From Opitutales bacterium (GTDB lineage Bacteria; Verrucomicrobiota; Verrucomicrobiia; Opitutales; PNEW01): a DNA stretch of 32,000 bases. Shown here piece by piece: positions 1 through 7,448 of the stretch. The stretch is from NCBI GenBank assembly GCA_965219535.1, contig CBDCNV010000002.1, forward strand, positions 120,001 to 152,000. Reading direction: 5' to 3'. The notes under the pieces are model-generated. The model had not been told where the DNA came from. It searched no databases and saw nothing but the letters and a program-made list of their open reading frames with translations. Made by a program: the position numbers and the translations under genes. Each line of letters begins with the position of its first letter. Within the stretch, counting starts at the first letter, position 1.

Positions 1-2
1 AC

Positions 3-194
3 TTAATTGCCAAAAATGAAGAAGATTATGTCTCTATTGCCACTTCCCTGGCATCGGATCTGGGAGCGCTGTCGAATATGCGTAAAACCCTGCGATCCCG
101 CATGAAGAAGAGCCCATTAATGGATGAGGTTGGTTTTACAAAAGGTTTAGAAAAAGCTTACCGCGAGATGTGGAATAAGTGGACAAGTAGTTAA
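3..194 (+). CDS. 3' end of a gene cut by the window edge; the tail resembles the C-terminus of TPR/GT41 (SPINDLY or O-GlcNAc-transferase-like) glycosyltransferases
   Basis: Frame 3 is open from the window edge to TAA at 192-194 (LIAKNEEDYVSIATSLASDLGALSNMRKTLRSRMKKSPLMDEVGFTKGLEKAYREMWNKWTSS). The pattern EDYV..A..LA.D...L...R..LR.RM..SPL.D...F...LE.AYR.MW..W is recalled from memory as typical of GT41-type C-termini. It is absent from the ORF track because it has no start in the window. Confidence 0.5.
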   Translation, partial: LIAKNEEDYVSIATSLASDLGALSNMRKTLRSRMKKSPLMDEVGFTKGLEKAYREMWNKWTSS

Positions 195-210
195 TCCATA
201 ATTACTTGTA

Positions 211-321
211 TTAGGTGGAACGAGGTGTCCCTACCGCGTTAAGATTGAGTGATAAAAAAAAGCGCGCTAGGGACCAACCGTCGCCAAGGCTATGGCGGGC
301 AGGCAGCCCGCTCCACCTAAC
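211..321. repeat. GC-rich imperfect palindromic intergenic element, copy A, with a 30-nt insertion in its right arm
   Basis: The left arm is ttaggtggaacgaggtgtccctaccgcgtt (211-240). It is a near reverse complement of the right arm, aagcgcgctagggac (260-274) plus agcccgctccacctaa (305-320). The joined right arm is 30/30 identical to 3055-3084. Positions 275-304 are the extra block. Confidence 0.8.
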
Positions 322-344
322 CTTCTTACAGCAAACATTTTATC

Positions 345-1367
345 CTATCTTCTTACCGGGTGGATAAAATCTTCAAGCATGGCCCAGATGTAGAGGAGTG
401 TGCCATGAATAGGATGGTTCTTTTTAAAGCGGACGAATGCCTGAAAGGAGCGTTGATCCCCGGGCTGGGGAAGGGGGAGGTTCCTGAACTGGCTCTTTTC
501 CCAGAGATATTTTTGATAATGCCACTCAATCGAGGATTGAAAGAGTAGATAATTGATAAAGATAAAGGGTAGAAAGCGATAAAATCCTTTGATTTGAGGG
601 GAATTCAGCCTTTTATTTTTACGTAAGTCGTTCCAGGCGTGGTAGATAATAGTTTTAATGCCAAAACAGCGGGTCGCGGCTGAGTCCTGGTTGAAGAAAA
701 TCGCGGTGTTACCATTTTTCCAACAGTAAGCGAGCATCTTAGCGGGGGTGGTGCGGCCATGATTGTGTAAGGCAACGAGGGTCGGCTCATAATGCAAGTG
801 GTAGTTAGCTTGCACCAGTTTTTGGGTCAGGTCGATGTCTTCGCCATTGGGCAGGTGGGGGTTAAAGCCGCCTACTTTATTGTAAGCCTCGGCGCGGATG
901 GCAATCGCCGCGCTGTAGAGCCAGGGCCGGGGTCCCGGTCGGCTACCCTGTTGCGACCAGAAATTTGAAAGGTTAGTCAGTCGATCGCTGAAATTGTTTT
1001 TCACCCCTGGAAGCCGCGCGCCAATCGCATCGGGAACTTTTTCTCGGTTGGCGTCTTCGGGGGTAATGATGTCGTGCAAGCGCTCAAAGTAATCGGGGGC
1101 GAGTTCCATGTCGTCGTCAACGAAGATAAACCATTCACCTGTGGCCCGGTCTGAACCGATTAGGCGTGTCTTCGGCGGCAGCTCATTTTTCTCGAGCGGA
1201 ATGGCAACGATCGGCAGATCCGAATACTGTTCGGCAACTTCCTGTGCTTTCACTCCGACGAGGAGGATTTCCCAGGACGGGGGAAAGAAATCCTGTTCTG
1301 CCAGAGAACGCAGTGTGATTCCCGCCCGATCGGGTCTTCCCATGGGTATGATGACCGACCAATTCAT
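345..1367 (-). CDS. Glycosyltransferase family 2 protein
   Basis: 340-aa ORF with an ATG start at 1367. The N-terminus WSVIIPMGRPDRAGITLRSLAEQDF and the acidic FIFVDDDMEL (DxD-like) motif are typical of GT-A fold GT2 enzymes. Confidence 0.8.
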   Translation of the reverse strand: MNWSVIIPMGRPDRAGITLRSLAEQDFFPPSWEILLVGVKAQEVAEQYSDLPIVAIPLEKNELPPKTRLIGSDRATGEWFIFVDDDMELAPDYFERLHDIITPEDANREKVPDAIGARLPGVKNNFSDRLTNLSNFWSQQGSRPGPRPWLYSAAIAIRAEAYNKVGGFNPHLPNGEDIDLTQKLVQANYHLHYEPTLVALHNHGRTTPAKMLAYCWKNGNTAIFFNQDSAATRCFGIKTIIYHAWNDLRKNKRLNSPQIKGFYRFLPFIFINYLLFQSSIEWHYQKYLWEKSQFRNLPLPQPGDQRSFQAFVRFKKNHPIHGTLLYIWAMLEDFIHPVRR

Positions 1368-1608
1368 ATTTGAGAATTAAGATCGGGAGTGATTATGGAT
1401 TTTAAGCACGAGGTTTTATTTATGAATAGGCAATCCTATAGCAGATCTTCTCATTTATGGGAAGCGGTCAATCTTCGATCGAAGTTTGTACAGATATTGT
1501 TTCACGTGGAACACAATATTACCTTACATTTTTCTTCCTACTCCTTTCAACCATGGTTAGTCTTGCTATCAATTTGAGAGTGGGCTAGCTAGAGCCTATC
1601 CGGCAATC

Positions 1609-2937
1609 ATGAATATTTTAATTTCCAAAACGGATTCACTGGGAGACCAGTTGATCACTGCCGGTTACGTACAACAATTTCTGGAAGCTTTTCCGGATTC
1701 ACGCATCATCTGGCATGTCCGCTCCGGTATGGAAGTCGTGGCCGATCTCCTGCCAGATGCGAGCTGCTTTAAGCTTAATCTTCAGGACGATCCCGTCGTG
1801 GAAGCGCGGCGGTTGAGTCTCCTGCCATCGGGACATATCCATTTTCTTTCCTACCCTCTCCATCCCCTCAATGACTGGGCTGAAGATACCACCGATCGCG
1901 TCCTCTGGTGGAAGACCCTGATCGGTGCCCTTTCATGGGATATCGCGATTTCACCGATGGTGAACCGCAGCTGGTTAAGCGACTTGACGGTCGCTTTAAG
2001 CGGGGCTCCCAAGCGTATCGGTTTTAAAAAGAATGAAACTTACCAGTTGTTTACCGGACATGTTGCGCAAATGCTTGAGCTTGAGGAACCCTTCTTTACG
2101 GATGAAATTTCCTCGTCGCTTGAAGAATCGGAATATACGCAAACGGGGCGCTTGTTTGCTCTTCTAATGAAAGAAAAAGGTGACCTGTCACCAGACATAA
2201 ATCTCGATGTAAAAACAGAAGCAGATGCTGGCGATGAAAAAGTGGCCCTTATCGCACCCGGTGTGGGAGCGAATATCAAACGCGCGTGGCCGCTCGAAAA
2301 TTTTCTTCAGTTGGGCGAAGTTTTAAGAGGGAAGGGCTTTAGGCTGGTATGGGTTGAAGGGCCGGATGATGGATCCACGTTTAAAGATTTCCCTCGTAAG
2401 TTTAAAGCTGAGCACCAGCTTATATCCGCGCAGGATTTACAGACCTTAAGCGACTTGATGAATAAAGCGTCACTCGTCATCAGTAACGATACCGCTTACG
2501 CGCATTTGTCGGCTGCTTTAAACCGGCCAACGGTGGCCATTTATGGTGCCGGACAAGAGACGCGCTTCTTCCCGCAGCGGGGCAGAGTCAAGGTAGTTCA
2601 CAGCGCTATACCCTGCCGGGGCTGCCAATGGTTTTGCCAATTTGATTATCGCGCTTGTGTTAAGGATATCCCGCTTCAATCTGTAACCGCGGCGGTGGAC
2701 ACGGTGATAGATAAATCGGATTTCACCCCCCTGCAGATTGAAGTCTCTCCACCCCTCAACGAAAAGGTGGAGATATCCGAGAAACTGAGAAAGAAAATAC
2801 AGGAGAATGCGGTCACCGGATCCTGGGAGAGTTGGAGTCGACTCCAGGTTTTGCATGAGGCGGCCTATCGCCTGCAAAATTGCTTAATCGAACGCGATGA
2901 GTTGAGAGGAAAGATTAAAGAGTTGGAGAGGGAATGA
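1609..2937 (+). CDS. Glycosyltransferase family 9 (heptosyltransferase-like) protein with a C-terminal coiled-coil extension
   Basis: 442-aa ORF. It has the GT9 N-terminal signature ILISKTDSLGDQLITAGYVQQFLEAFPDSRIIW. It also has the late motif LVISNDTAYAHLSAALNRPTVAIYG followed by a Cys-rich CRGCQWFCQFDYRAC. The last ~70 aa (EKLRKKIQEN...ERDELRGKIKELERE) are heptad-like and go beyond the usual GT9 core. Confidence 0.75.
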   Translation: MNILISKTDSLGDQLITAGYVQQFLEAFPDSRIIWHVRSGMEVVADLLPDASCFKLNLQDDPVVEARRLSLLPSGHIHFLSYPLHPLNDWAEDTTDRVLWWKTLIGALSWDIAISPMVNRSWLSDLTVALSGAPKRIGFKKNETYQLFTGHVAQMLELEEPFFTDEISSSLEESEYTQTGRLFALLMKEKGDLSPDINLDVKTEADAGDEKVALIAPGVGANIKRAWPLENFLQLGEVLRGKGFRLVWVEGPDDGSTFKDFPRKFKAEHQLISAQDLQTLSDLMNKASLVISNDTAYAHLSAALNRPTVAIYGAGQETRFFPQRGRVKVVHSAIPCRGCQWFCQFDYRACVKDIPLQSVTAAVDTVIDKSDFTPLQIEVSPPLNEKVEISEKLRKKIQENAVTGSWESWSRLQVLHEAAYRLQNCLIERDELRGKIKELERE

Positions 2938-2959
2938 GCGGAAAGATAAAATTTCGGAG

Positions 2960-3084
2960 GGCCACGCTCCGTCGTGGCCGATATAAGATTAATTATACAG
3001 GGTAATCCATGGACGCGCTGTCCCCACCGCGTTTTATTAGCTAATTATAAGAAGAAGCGCGCTAGGGACAGCCCGCTCCACCTA
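2960..3084. repeat. GC-rich hairpin plus palindromic intergenic element, copy B (uninterrupted)
   Basis: A hairpin pairs GGCCACG (2960-2966) with CGTGGCC (2973-2979). The left arm of the element is taatccatggacgcgctgtccccaccgcgtt (3003-3033), followed by an AT-rich loop. The right arm aagcgcgctagggacagcccgctccaccta (3055-3084) is identical to copy A's right arm minus its insertion. Confidence 0.8.
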
Positions 3085-3102
3085 TTTGCATAAAAAGTAA
3101 CC

Positions 3103-3366
3103 TCACCCCCCGCTGACGGCGGGGAGGAAATGTACTTCGCTATCGGGGTCCACCTGTTGGCGTAGGCCAGTGGCTATTATTTCGCTGTTCACCGCCACGG
3201 CAATATTGGGCCGGATGCGGTCGTTTTCACAGAGTCGGTCCTTGGTTCCCGGATACTTCTTATCCAGGTTATCAATAACTTCACGTACAGTCTTACCCTC
3301 CACCATGACCACGGAAGTCCCGCTGGTCAGCTTCTGCATGAGCGGAGGTATCGAAACCCTCGGCAC
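3103..3366 (-). CDS. MoaD/ThiS-family ubiquitin-fold sulfur carrier, CysO-like, ending in Gly-Gly
   Basis: 87-aa ORF with a GTG start at 3366, 3 nt after the stop of the upstream Mo-subunit gene. The C-terminus is ...HFLPAVSGG. The overall pattern (VSIP....., V.EVIDNL...YPG..DRL, ...LPAVSGG) matches what I recall of mycobacterial CysO (...ILPAVAGG). Confidence 0.7.
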   Translation of the reverse strand: MPRVSIPPLMQKLTSGTSVVMVEGKTVREVIDNLDKKYPGTKDRLCENDRIRPNIAVAVNSEIIATGLRQQVDPDSEVHFLPAVSGG

Positions 3367-3369
3367 AAA

Positions 3370-5697
3370 TTAAGATCCCGCTACTGCTTCCAGCGGTACG
3401 GATTCCCGCTTTGCGGCAAGAGCGGCGATGATCCGATCTGGTCGCATCGGTAATTCGCGGAAGCGCACGCCGATGGCATTGTAGATTGCATTGGTAATAG
3501 CTGCTGGAGGGGGTGCGATATTAGCTTCACCCACGCCGCGCACCCCATAGGGATGACTCGGATTGGGAACCTCCACAATGATAGTTTCTATCATCGGTAG
3601 ATCCAGCGCTGTGGGAATGCGATAATCAAGAAAAGTCGAATTTTCCATCTTACCATCCGCATTGTAGAAGTACTCTTCATTCAATGCCCATCCAATACCC
3701 TGGACCGAACCTCCTTGCATTTGGCCTTCCACGTAACTGGGATGAATGGCTTTACCGGCATCCTGTATAGCCGTGAAACGAAGTATTGTCACTTTGCCAG
3801 TCTCGGGATCAACCTCTACATCGACTATGTTCGTCGCGAATGAACCACCGATATGAAAACCCAGATTGACCGAGCCCTTACCAATAACGGGGCTGTCAGC
3901 CTCGCTCGCTATTTTAGCCAATTCTTTAAAGGTCAGTTGCTTTGAAGAATCCTTTTTATTCTTAAAAACTTCATCTGCAAATTCCACATCATCGGCTGTC
4001 AGCTCCCAGTGATTAGCTGCCCTTTCGATCATTAGTGCTTTTACATCTTGAGCGGCATTGTGGGCTGCATAACCCGTAGCATAAGTCGTGCGGCTGCCCC
4101 CCGTGACGTCATTGTAACCGATTTCTCCCGTGTCTCCCACCCGTGGGTTAACATCTTCAACGGGCAATGCGAGTACTTCTGCGAATTGCATTGCGATCGA
4201 GGTGCGACTGCCCCCTATATCCGTCGAACCTTCCATCAGGTTTACGGTCCCGTCTTCATTAACACTGGCCGTTACACAAGATTTAAACCCGATATTAAAC
4301 CAGTACCCGGTGGCTACACCCCGCCCGCGGTAGGGCCCTTCCAATGGTGTTTTATAATGGTCGGAGTTTTTCCCCGCTTCCATTGTCTCCAAACAGCCGA
4401 TACGGGGGTAAACGAGATCGTCGACGCGACGCATTCCCTCTTTTGCTGCATTCATAATGCGTATATCAAATGCGTCCATCCCCAGTTTTTCGGCAATTTG
4501 ATCGAGCATCGTTTCGATCGCAAAGGCTACCTGGGTAGAACCTGGTGCCCGGTAGGGAGCTGATTTTGGCTTATTAACGACTACATCATAGCCATTTACT
4601 ATCGCGTTTGGAATCTCATAACAGGCAAATACGCACATACACCCACAAAACATGGGTGAACCCGGGTAGGCACCTGCCTCGAAAGCGAGGTAGCAATCAC
4701 CGGCAACTAATTTACCGGAATTATCCGCGCCTAATTTCAGGCGGACGTAGGAACCAGGTGTAGGACCGGTGCCCTCAAATACACCTGCACGGGTCATCAG
4801 CAGTTTTACCGGATGGCCGGTTTTACGAGAGAGTAAAGCTGCGACTGGTTCTAAATAAATAGGTATCTTACCACCAAACCCACCACCGATTTCTGTAGGG
4901 ACCACTTTTACTTTGGAAATGGGATGGTCAAGGACAGCGGCTGCTTGCTTTTGCACGACAAAGGCACCTTGGGTGCTGGTCCAAATTGTGAGTTGTCCAT
5001 CGGGATTCCACATCGCCGTGCCGTTGTGGGGTTCGATATAGCCCTGGTGAACGGTGGCGGTATGGAATTCATGTTCGATTACAATATCGGCATCTTTAAA
5101 ACCTTTCTCCGGGTCACCAAGCTTGTGTTGGAGGTGCGCGGCAATATTGCTTTTTTTATCTGTCTGCTCGCCTAACTCATCTGTCGTAAGGGTGTCGTGA
5201 AGTAAAGGAGCATCGTCCTTCATCGCATCGAGAACCGTGACGACGGGTGGCAATACCTCGTATTCAACTTCGATAAGCGAGAGTGCTTCGTCAGCGGTTT
5301 GCTGATTAATCGCGCCTACACCGGCGACAGCATGTCCTCGGTAAAGCACTTTGTCACTGGCCAGTATATTATCGCGAATATATTTTAAACGGGTCATCCC
5401 CTCACCCAAATCGATCATGTCGTCTTCATTGGTTTTGGGTAGATCATCGCTTGTAACCACGGCGCGTACCCCCTCCAGGGCTTCAGCCTTGCTCGTATCA
5501 ATGGATTTTATTCGCGCGTGGGCATGTGGGCTGCGAAGGACCTGCCCATGCAGCATGCCGGAAAGACGGACATCGGCCCCATAGATAGCCTTGCCGATGA
5601 CTTTTTCTGTACCATCGTGGCGGATGGGGCGTGTACCGATTATTTTATATTTACCATTTCCTGAGTTGTTTGACATCAGCTTATTCTCCTTATTCAA
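3370..5697 (-). CDS. Xanthine dehydrogenase/aldehyde oxidase family molybdopterin-binding large subunit (CoxL-like)
   Basis: 775-aa ORF with the family signatures EIGGGFGGK, PYRAPG and GVRGVGEANIAPP (catalytic Glu region). The tracked ORF starts at TTG 5697. The more likely start is ATG at 5676 (MSNNSG...), which has AAGGAG (reverse complement of 5686-5691) 9 nt upstream. Confidence 0.9.
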   Translation of the reverse strand: MNKENKLMSNNSGNGKYKIIGTRPIRHDGTEKVIGKAIYGADVRLSGMLHGQVLRSPHAHARIKSIDTSKAEALEGVRAVVTSDDLPKTNEDDMIDLGEGMTRLKYIRDNILASDKVLYRGHAVAGVGAINQQTADEALSLIEVEYEVLPPVVTVLDAMKDDAPLLHDTLTTDELGEQTDKKSNIAAHLQHKLGDPEKGFKDADIVIEHEFHTATVHQGYIEPHNGTAMWNPDGQLTIWTSTQGAFVVQKQAAAVLDHPISKVKVVPTEIGGGFGGKIPIYLEPVAALLSRKTGHPVKLLMTRAGVFEGTGPTPGSYVRLKLGADNSGKLVAGDCYLAFEAGAYPGSPMFCGCMCVFACYEIPNAIVNGYDVVVNKPKSAPYRAPGSTQVAFAIETMLDQIAEKLGMDAFDIRIMNAAKEGMRRVDDLVYPRIGCLETMEAGKNSDHYKTPLEGPYRGRGVATGYWFNIGFKSCVTASVNEDGTVNLMEGSTDIGGSRTSIAMQFAEVLALPVEDVNPRVGDTGEIGYNDVTGGSRTTYATGYAAHNAAQDVKALMIERAANHWELTADDVEFADEVFKNKKDSSKQLTFKELAKIASEADSPVIGKGSVNLGFHIGGSFATNIVDVEVDPETGKVTILRFTAIQDAGKAIHPSYVEGQMQGGSVQGIGWALNEEYFYNADGKMENSTFLDYRIPTALDLPMIETIIVEVPNPSHPYGVRGVGEANIAPPPAAITNAIYNAIGVRFRELPMRPDRIIAALAAKRESVPLEAVAGS

Positions 5698-5705
5698 GTT
5701 TTTTT

Positions 5706-6185
5706 TCAGGCACTTTTACTCATGACCGCACTGGCATCTTGAACCGCGCGGATTATCTTATCATATCCCGTGCATCGGCATAGATTACCAGCCAGCCAAT
5801 GACGTATCTCATGCTCGGTCGGATTAGGGTTATGATCGAGCAATGCTTTAGCGGCTACAAGAAAACCGGGTGTGCAGATCCCACATTGTAGGCTCGCATT
5901 TTCGAGAAACTTTTGTTGCAGGGGATGCAAACCATCTACGGTGGCCAGACCCTCAACCGTAGTTATTTCTTTCCCCTGAATTTCAACGGCCAATACAAGG
6001 CAGGAATCCACGAGGGAGCCATCCATGATTACACTACAGGCACCGCAGTTTCCATCGTTGCACCCTTCCTTACTCCCGGTAAAACCGAGTTCCTCGCGCA
6101 GTACTTCGAGTAGGCTTTGCCGTGGTTCGCAGAGAAATTCAATATTCTCGCCATTTATCTTAGATTGAACGTGAATTTTATTCAT
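5706..6185 (-). CDS. (2Fe-2S)-binding small subunit of the Mo-hydroxylase (CoxS-like)
   Basis: 159-aa ORF. It carries a plant-type ferredoxin Cys motif (GCNDGNCGACSV) and the second cluster motif (QCGICTPGF ... CRCTGY), which is diagnostic of this subunit family. Confidence 0.92.
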   Translation of the reverse strand: MNKIHVQSKINGENIEFLCEPRQSLLEVLREELGFTGSKEGCNDGNCGACSVIMDGSLVDSCLVLAVEIQGKEITTVEGLATVDGLHPLQQKFLENASLQCGICTPGFLVAAKALLDHNPNPTEHEIRHWLAGNLCRCTGYDKIIRAVQDASAVMSKSA

Positions 6186-6269
6186 CAGATTAGACTTTCG
6201 ATTAAGTGAAGTTTTATTTTCAAAGGGTTGTTACACCCAATTTGAGTTAGTTATAAAATTATATAAGGG

Positions 6270-7172
6270 TTAGTTTTCCTGAACCGCATTGGGGACGAAT
6301 TCACCGCGAGCCCTTTTAACCGCTCCTTGCAATGCGCGCTTGGTCATAACGCCGACTAAATGAGTTCGATATTCCGCCGTTCCGCGCATGTCCGAGATGG
6401 GTTTGACGCTGGCTTTAGCCGCTTCTGCAGCTGCTTCTATCGTCTCGTCGTTCACCTCGCGTCCGACAATTAGCTCACTGGCTTCACGAACGAAAAGAGG
6501 GGTAGGAGCTACCGCCGCCAACCCGATGCGAACCTTTTTAAATGTCTTCTTGCGATTGCCAAGCTCTACATAGGCACCAGCACCGACAACCGCGATATCC
6601 ATTTCATTTCGCGGTATAAAACGTAAATAATGTGCTCCGGAAGCATTTTTGATGGTTGGAACTCGAATGGAGACCAGTAATTCACCAGGTTGCAAAACGT
6701 TCTGCCCCGGCGCGGTACAGAAATCTTCAATTGGGACCCGTCGTTTTCCATTGGGGCCAGCAATTTCACACTTACTCCCATAGGCAATGAGAACAGGTAT
6801 CGTATCTGCGCTCGGAGATGAATTGCAGACATTACCCCCAAAACTGGCTCTTCCCTGGATTTGGATACCGCCGATTATGGCTGCGGAGTCTATCAAACCG
6901 GGATAACGCTCAATGCAATCCGCATCCTGGTTTATCCGGTGACAGGGGACTGCTGCGCCAATCGTGAGACCTTTCTTTGACCCGTAAGAAAGTTCGTTCA
7001 GCTCGGGTATATTTTTTACATCGACGACACGTTCGGCCTGAAATCGATTTCCCCTGAGTTGCACTATCAAATCGGTGCCACCAGCTAAGATGCGCGAATT
7101 TCCGTTTTTTTCGGCAAGCATGGAAATTGCCTTACGTAAGCTGTTGGGCGCGGTGTACTCAAAATTTTTCAT
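6270..7172 (-). CDS. FAD-binding medium subunit of the Mo-hydroxylase (CoxM-like)
   Basis: 300-aa ORF with the N-terminal F.Y..P.SL..A..ML pattern and ILAGGTDLIVQLR, which is the FAD_binding_5 signature. It is the first gene of the M-S-L order on the minus strand. Confidence 0.9.
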   Translation of the reverse strand: MKNFEYTAPNSLRKAISMLAEKNGNSRILAGGTDLIVQLRGNRFQAERVVDVKNIPELNELSYGSKKGLTIGAAVPCHRINQDADCIERYPGLIDSAAIIGGIQIQGRASFGGNVCNSSPSADTIPVLIAYGSKCEIAGPNGKRRVPIEDFCTAPGQNVLQPGELLVSIRVPTIKNASGAHYLRFIPRNEMDIAVVGAGAYVELGNRKKTFKKVRIGLAAVAPTPLFVREASELIVGREVNDETIEAAAEAAKASVKPISDMRGTAEYRTHLVGVMTKRALQGAVKRARGEFVPNAVQEN

Positions 7173-7448
7173 TCTTTAGATCCCCTTAATCTTTTACTCA
7201 TTTAATACGAATTTATCTACTGCACCGGAAAAGATAAATTAAGAAAATTGGCCGTGTCAAGCAGGGTAGCATACTGATTTCGATAAATATGAATTAATCG
7301 AAAATATCCCATCTGCGTATGCTTGAAAGTCTTTGCGTGAAATATCCCTGCGAGGTGAGATAATCCTTGCTCATTGGGCAGGTAATGGGAATCTATTCTG
7401 AGCTGTTTTTCAGCGCGATTAATCGGTATAGATAGAGGTAATCTAATC

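Noticed and set aside
211-321. The palindromic element could be an integron attC site (an acctaac end resembling RYYYAAC).
   Set aside because: The matching GTTRRRY core is absent on the other side (attaggt). Copy B lacks the motif altogether. There is no intI gene or cassette organisation. The resemblance simply follows from the palindrome.
1389-1577. A 62-aa ORF in the divergent GT2/GT9 promoter region.
   Set aside because: There is no recognisable motif and the composition is odd. It occupies what should be the promoter and 5' UTR space of two divergent genes. It is probably spurious.
4048-4563. Long antisense ORFs lie inside well-supported genes. They are 4048-4563 (+), 2518-2877 (-), 12460-12861 (-), 14842-15207 (-), 24334-24735 (+), 28042-28374 (+), 14286-14615 (-), and many more of 60-90 aa.
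   Set aside because: Each is fully embedded opposite a CDS with clear family signatures. Their products are low-complexity or compositionally odd (rich in Ser, Pro, Arg and Thr), which is typical of shadow ORFs.
3370-5697. The M-S-L operon could be an aerobic carbon monoxide dehydrogenase (coxMSL).
   Set aside because: The active-site loop reads PYRAPG. It is not the Cys-containing VAYRCSFR loop of form I CODH, and no coxDEFG accessory genes are present. I call it only a generic XDH-family Mo-hydroxylase.
5677-5697. A TTG-initiated N-terminal extension (MNKENKL) of the large subunit in the ORF track.
   Set aside because: The extension contains a strong AAGGAG Shine-Dalgarno 9 nt upstream of the internal ATG at 5676. 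The 21 nt are therefore more likely 5' UTR than coding sequence.
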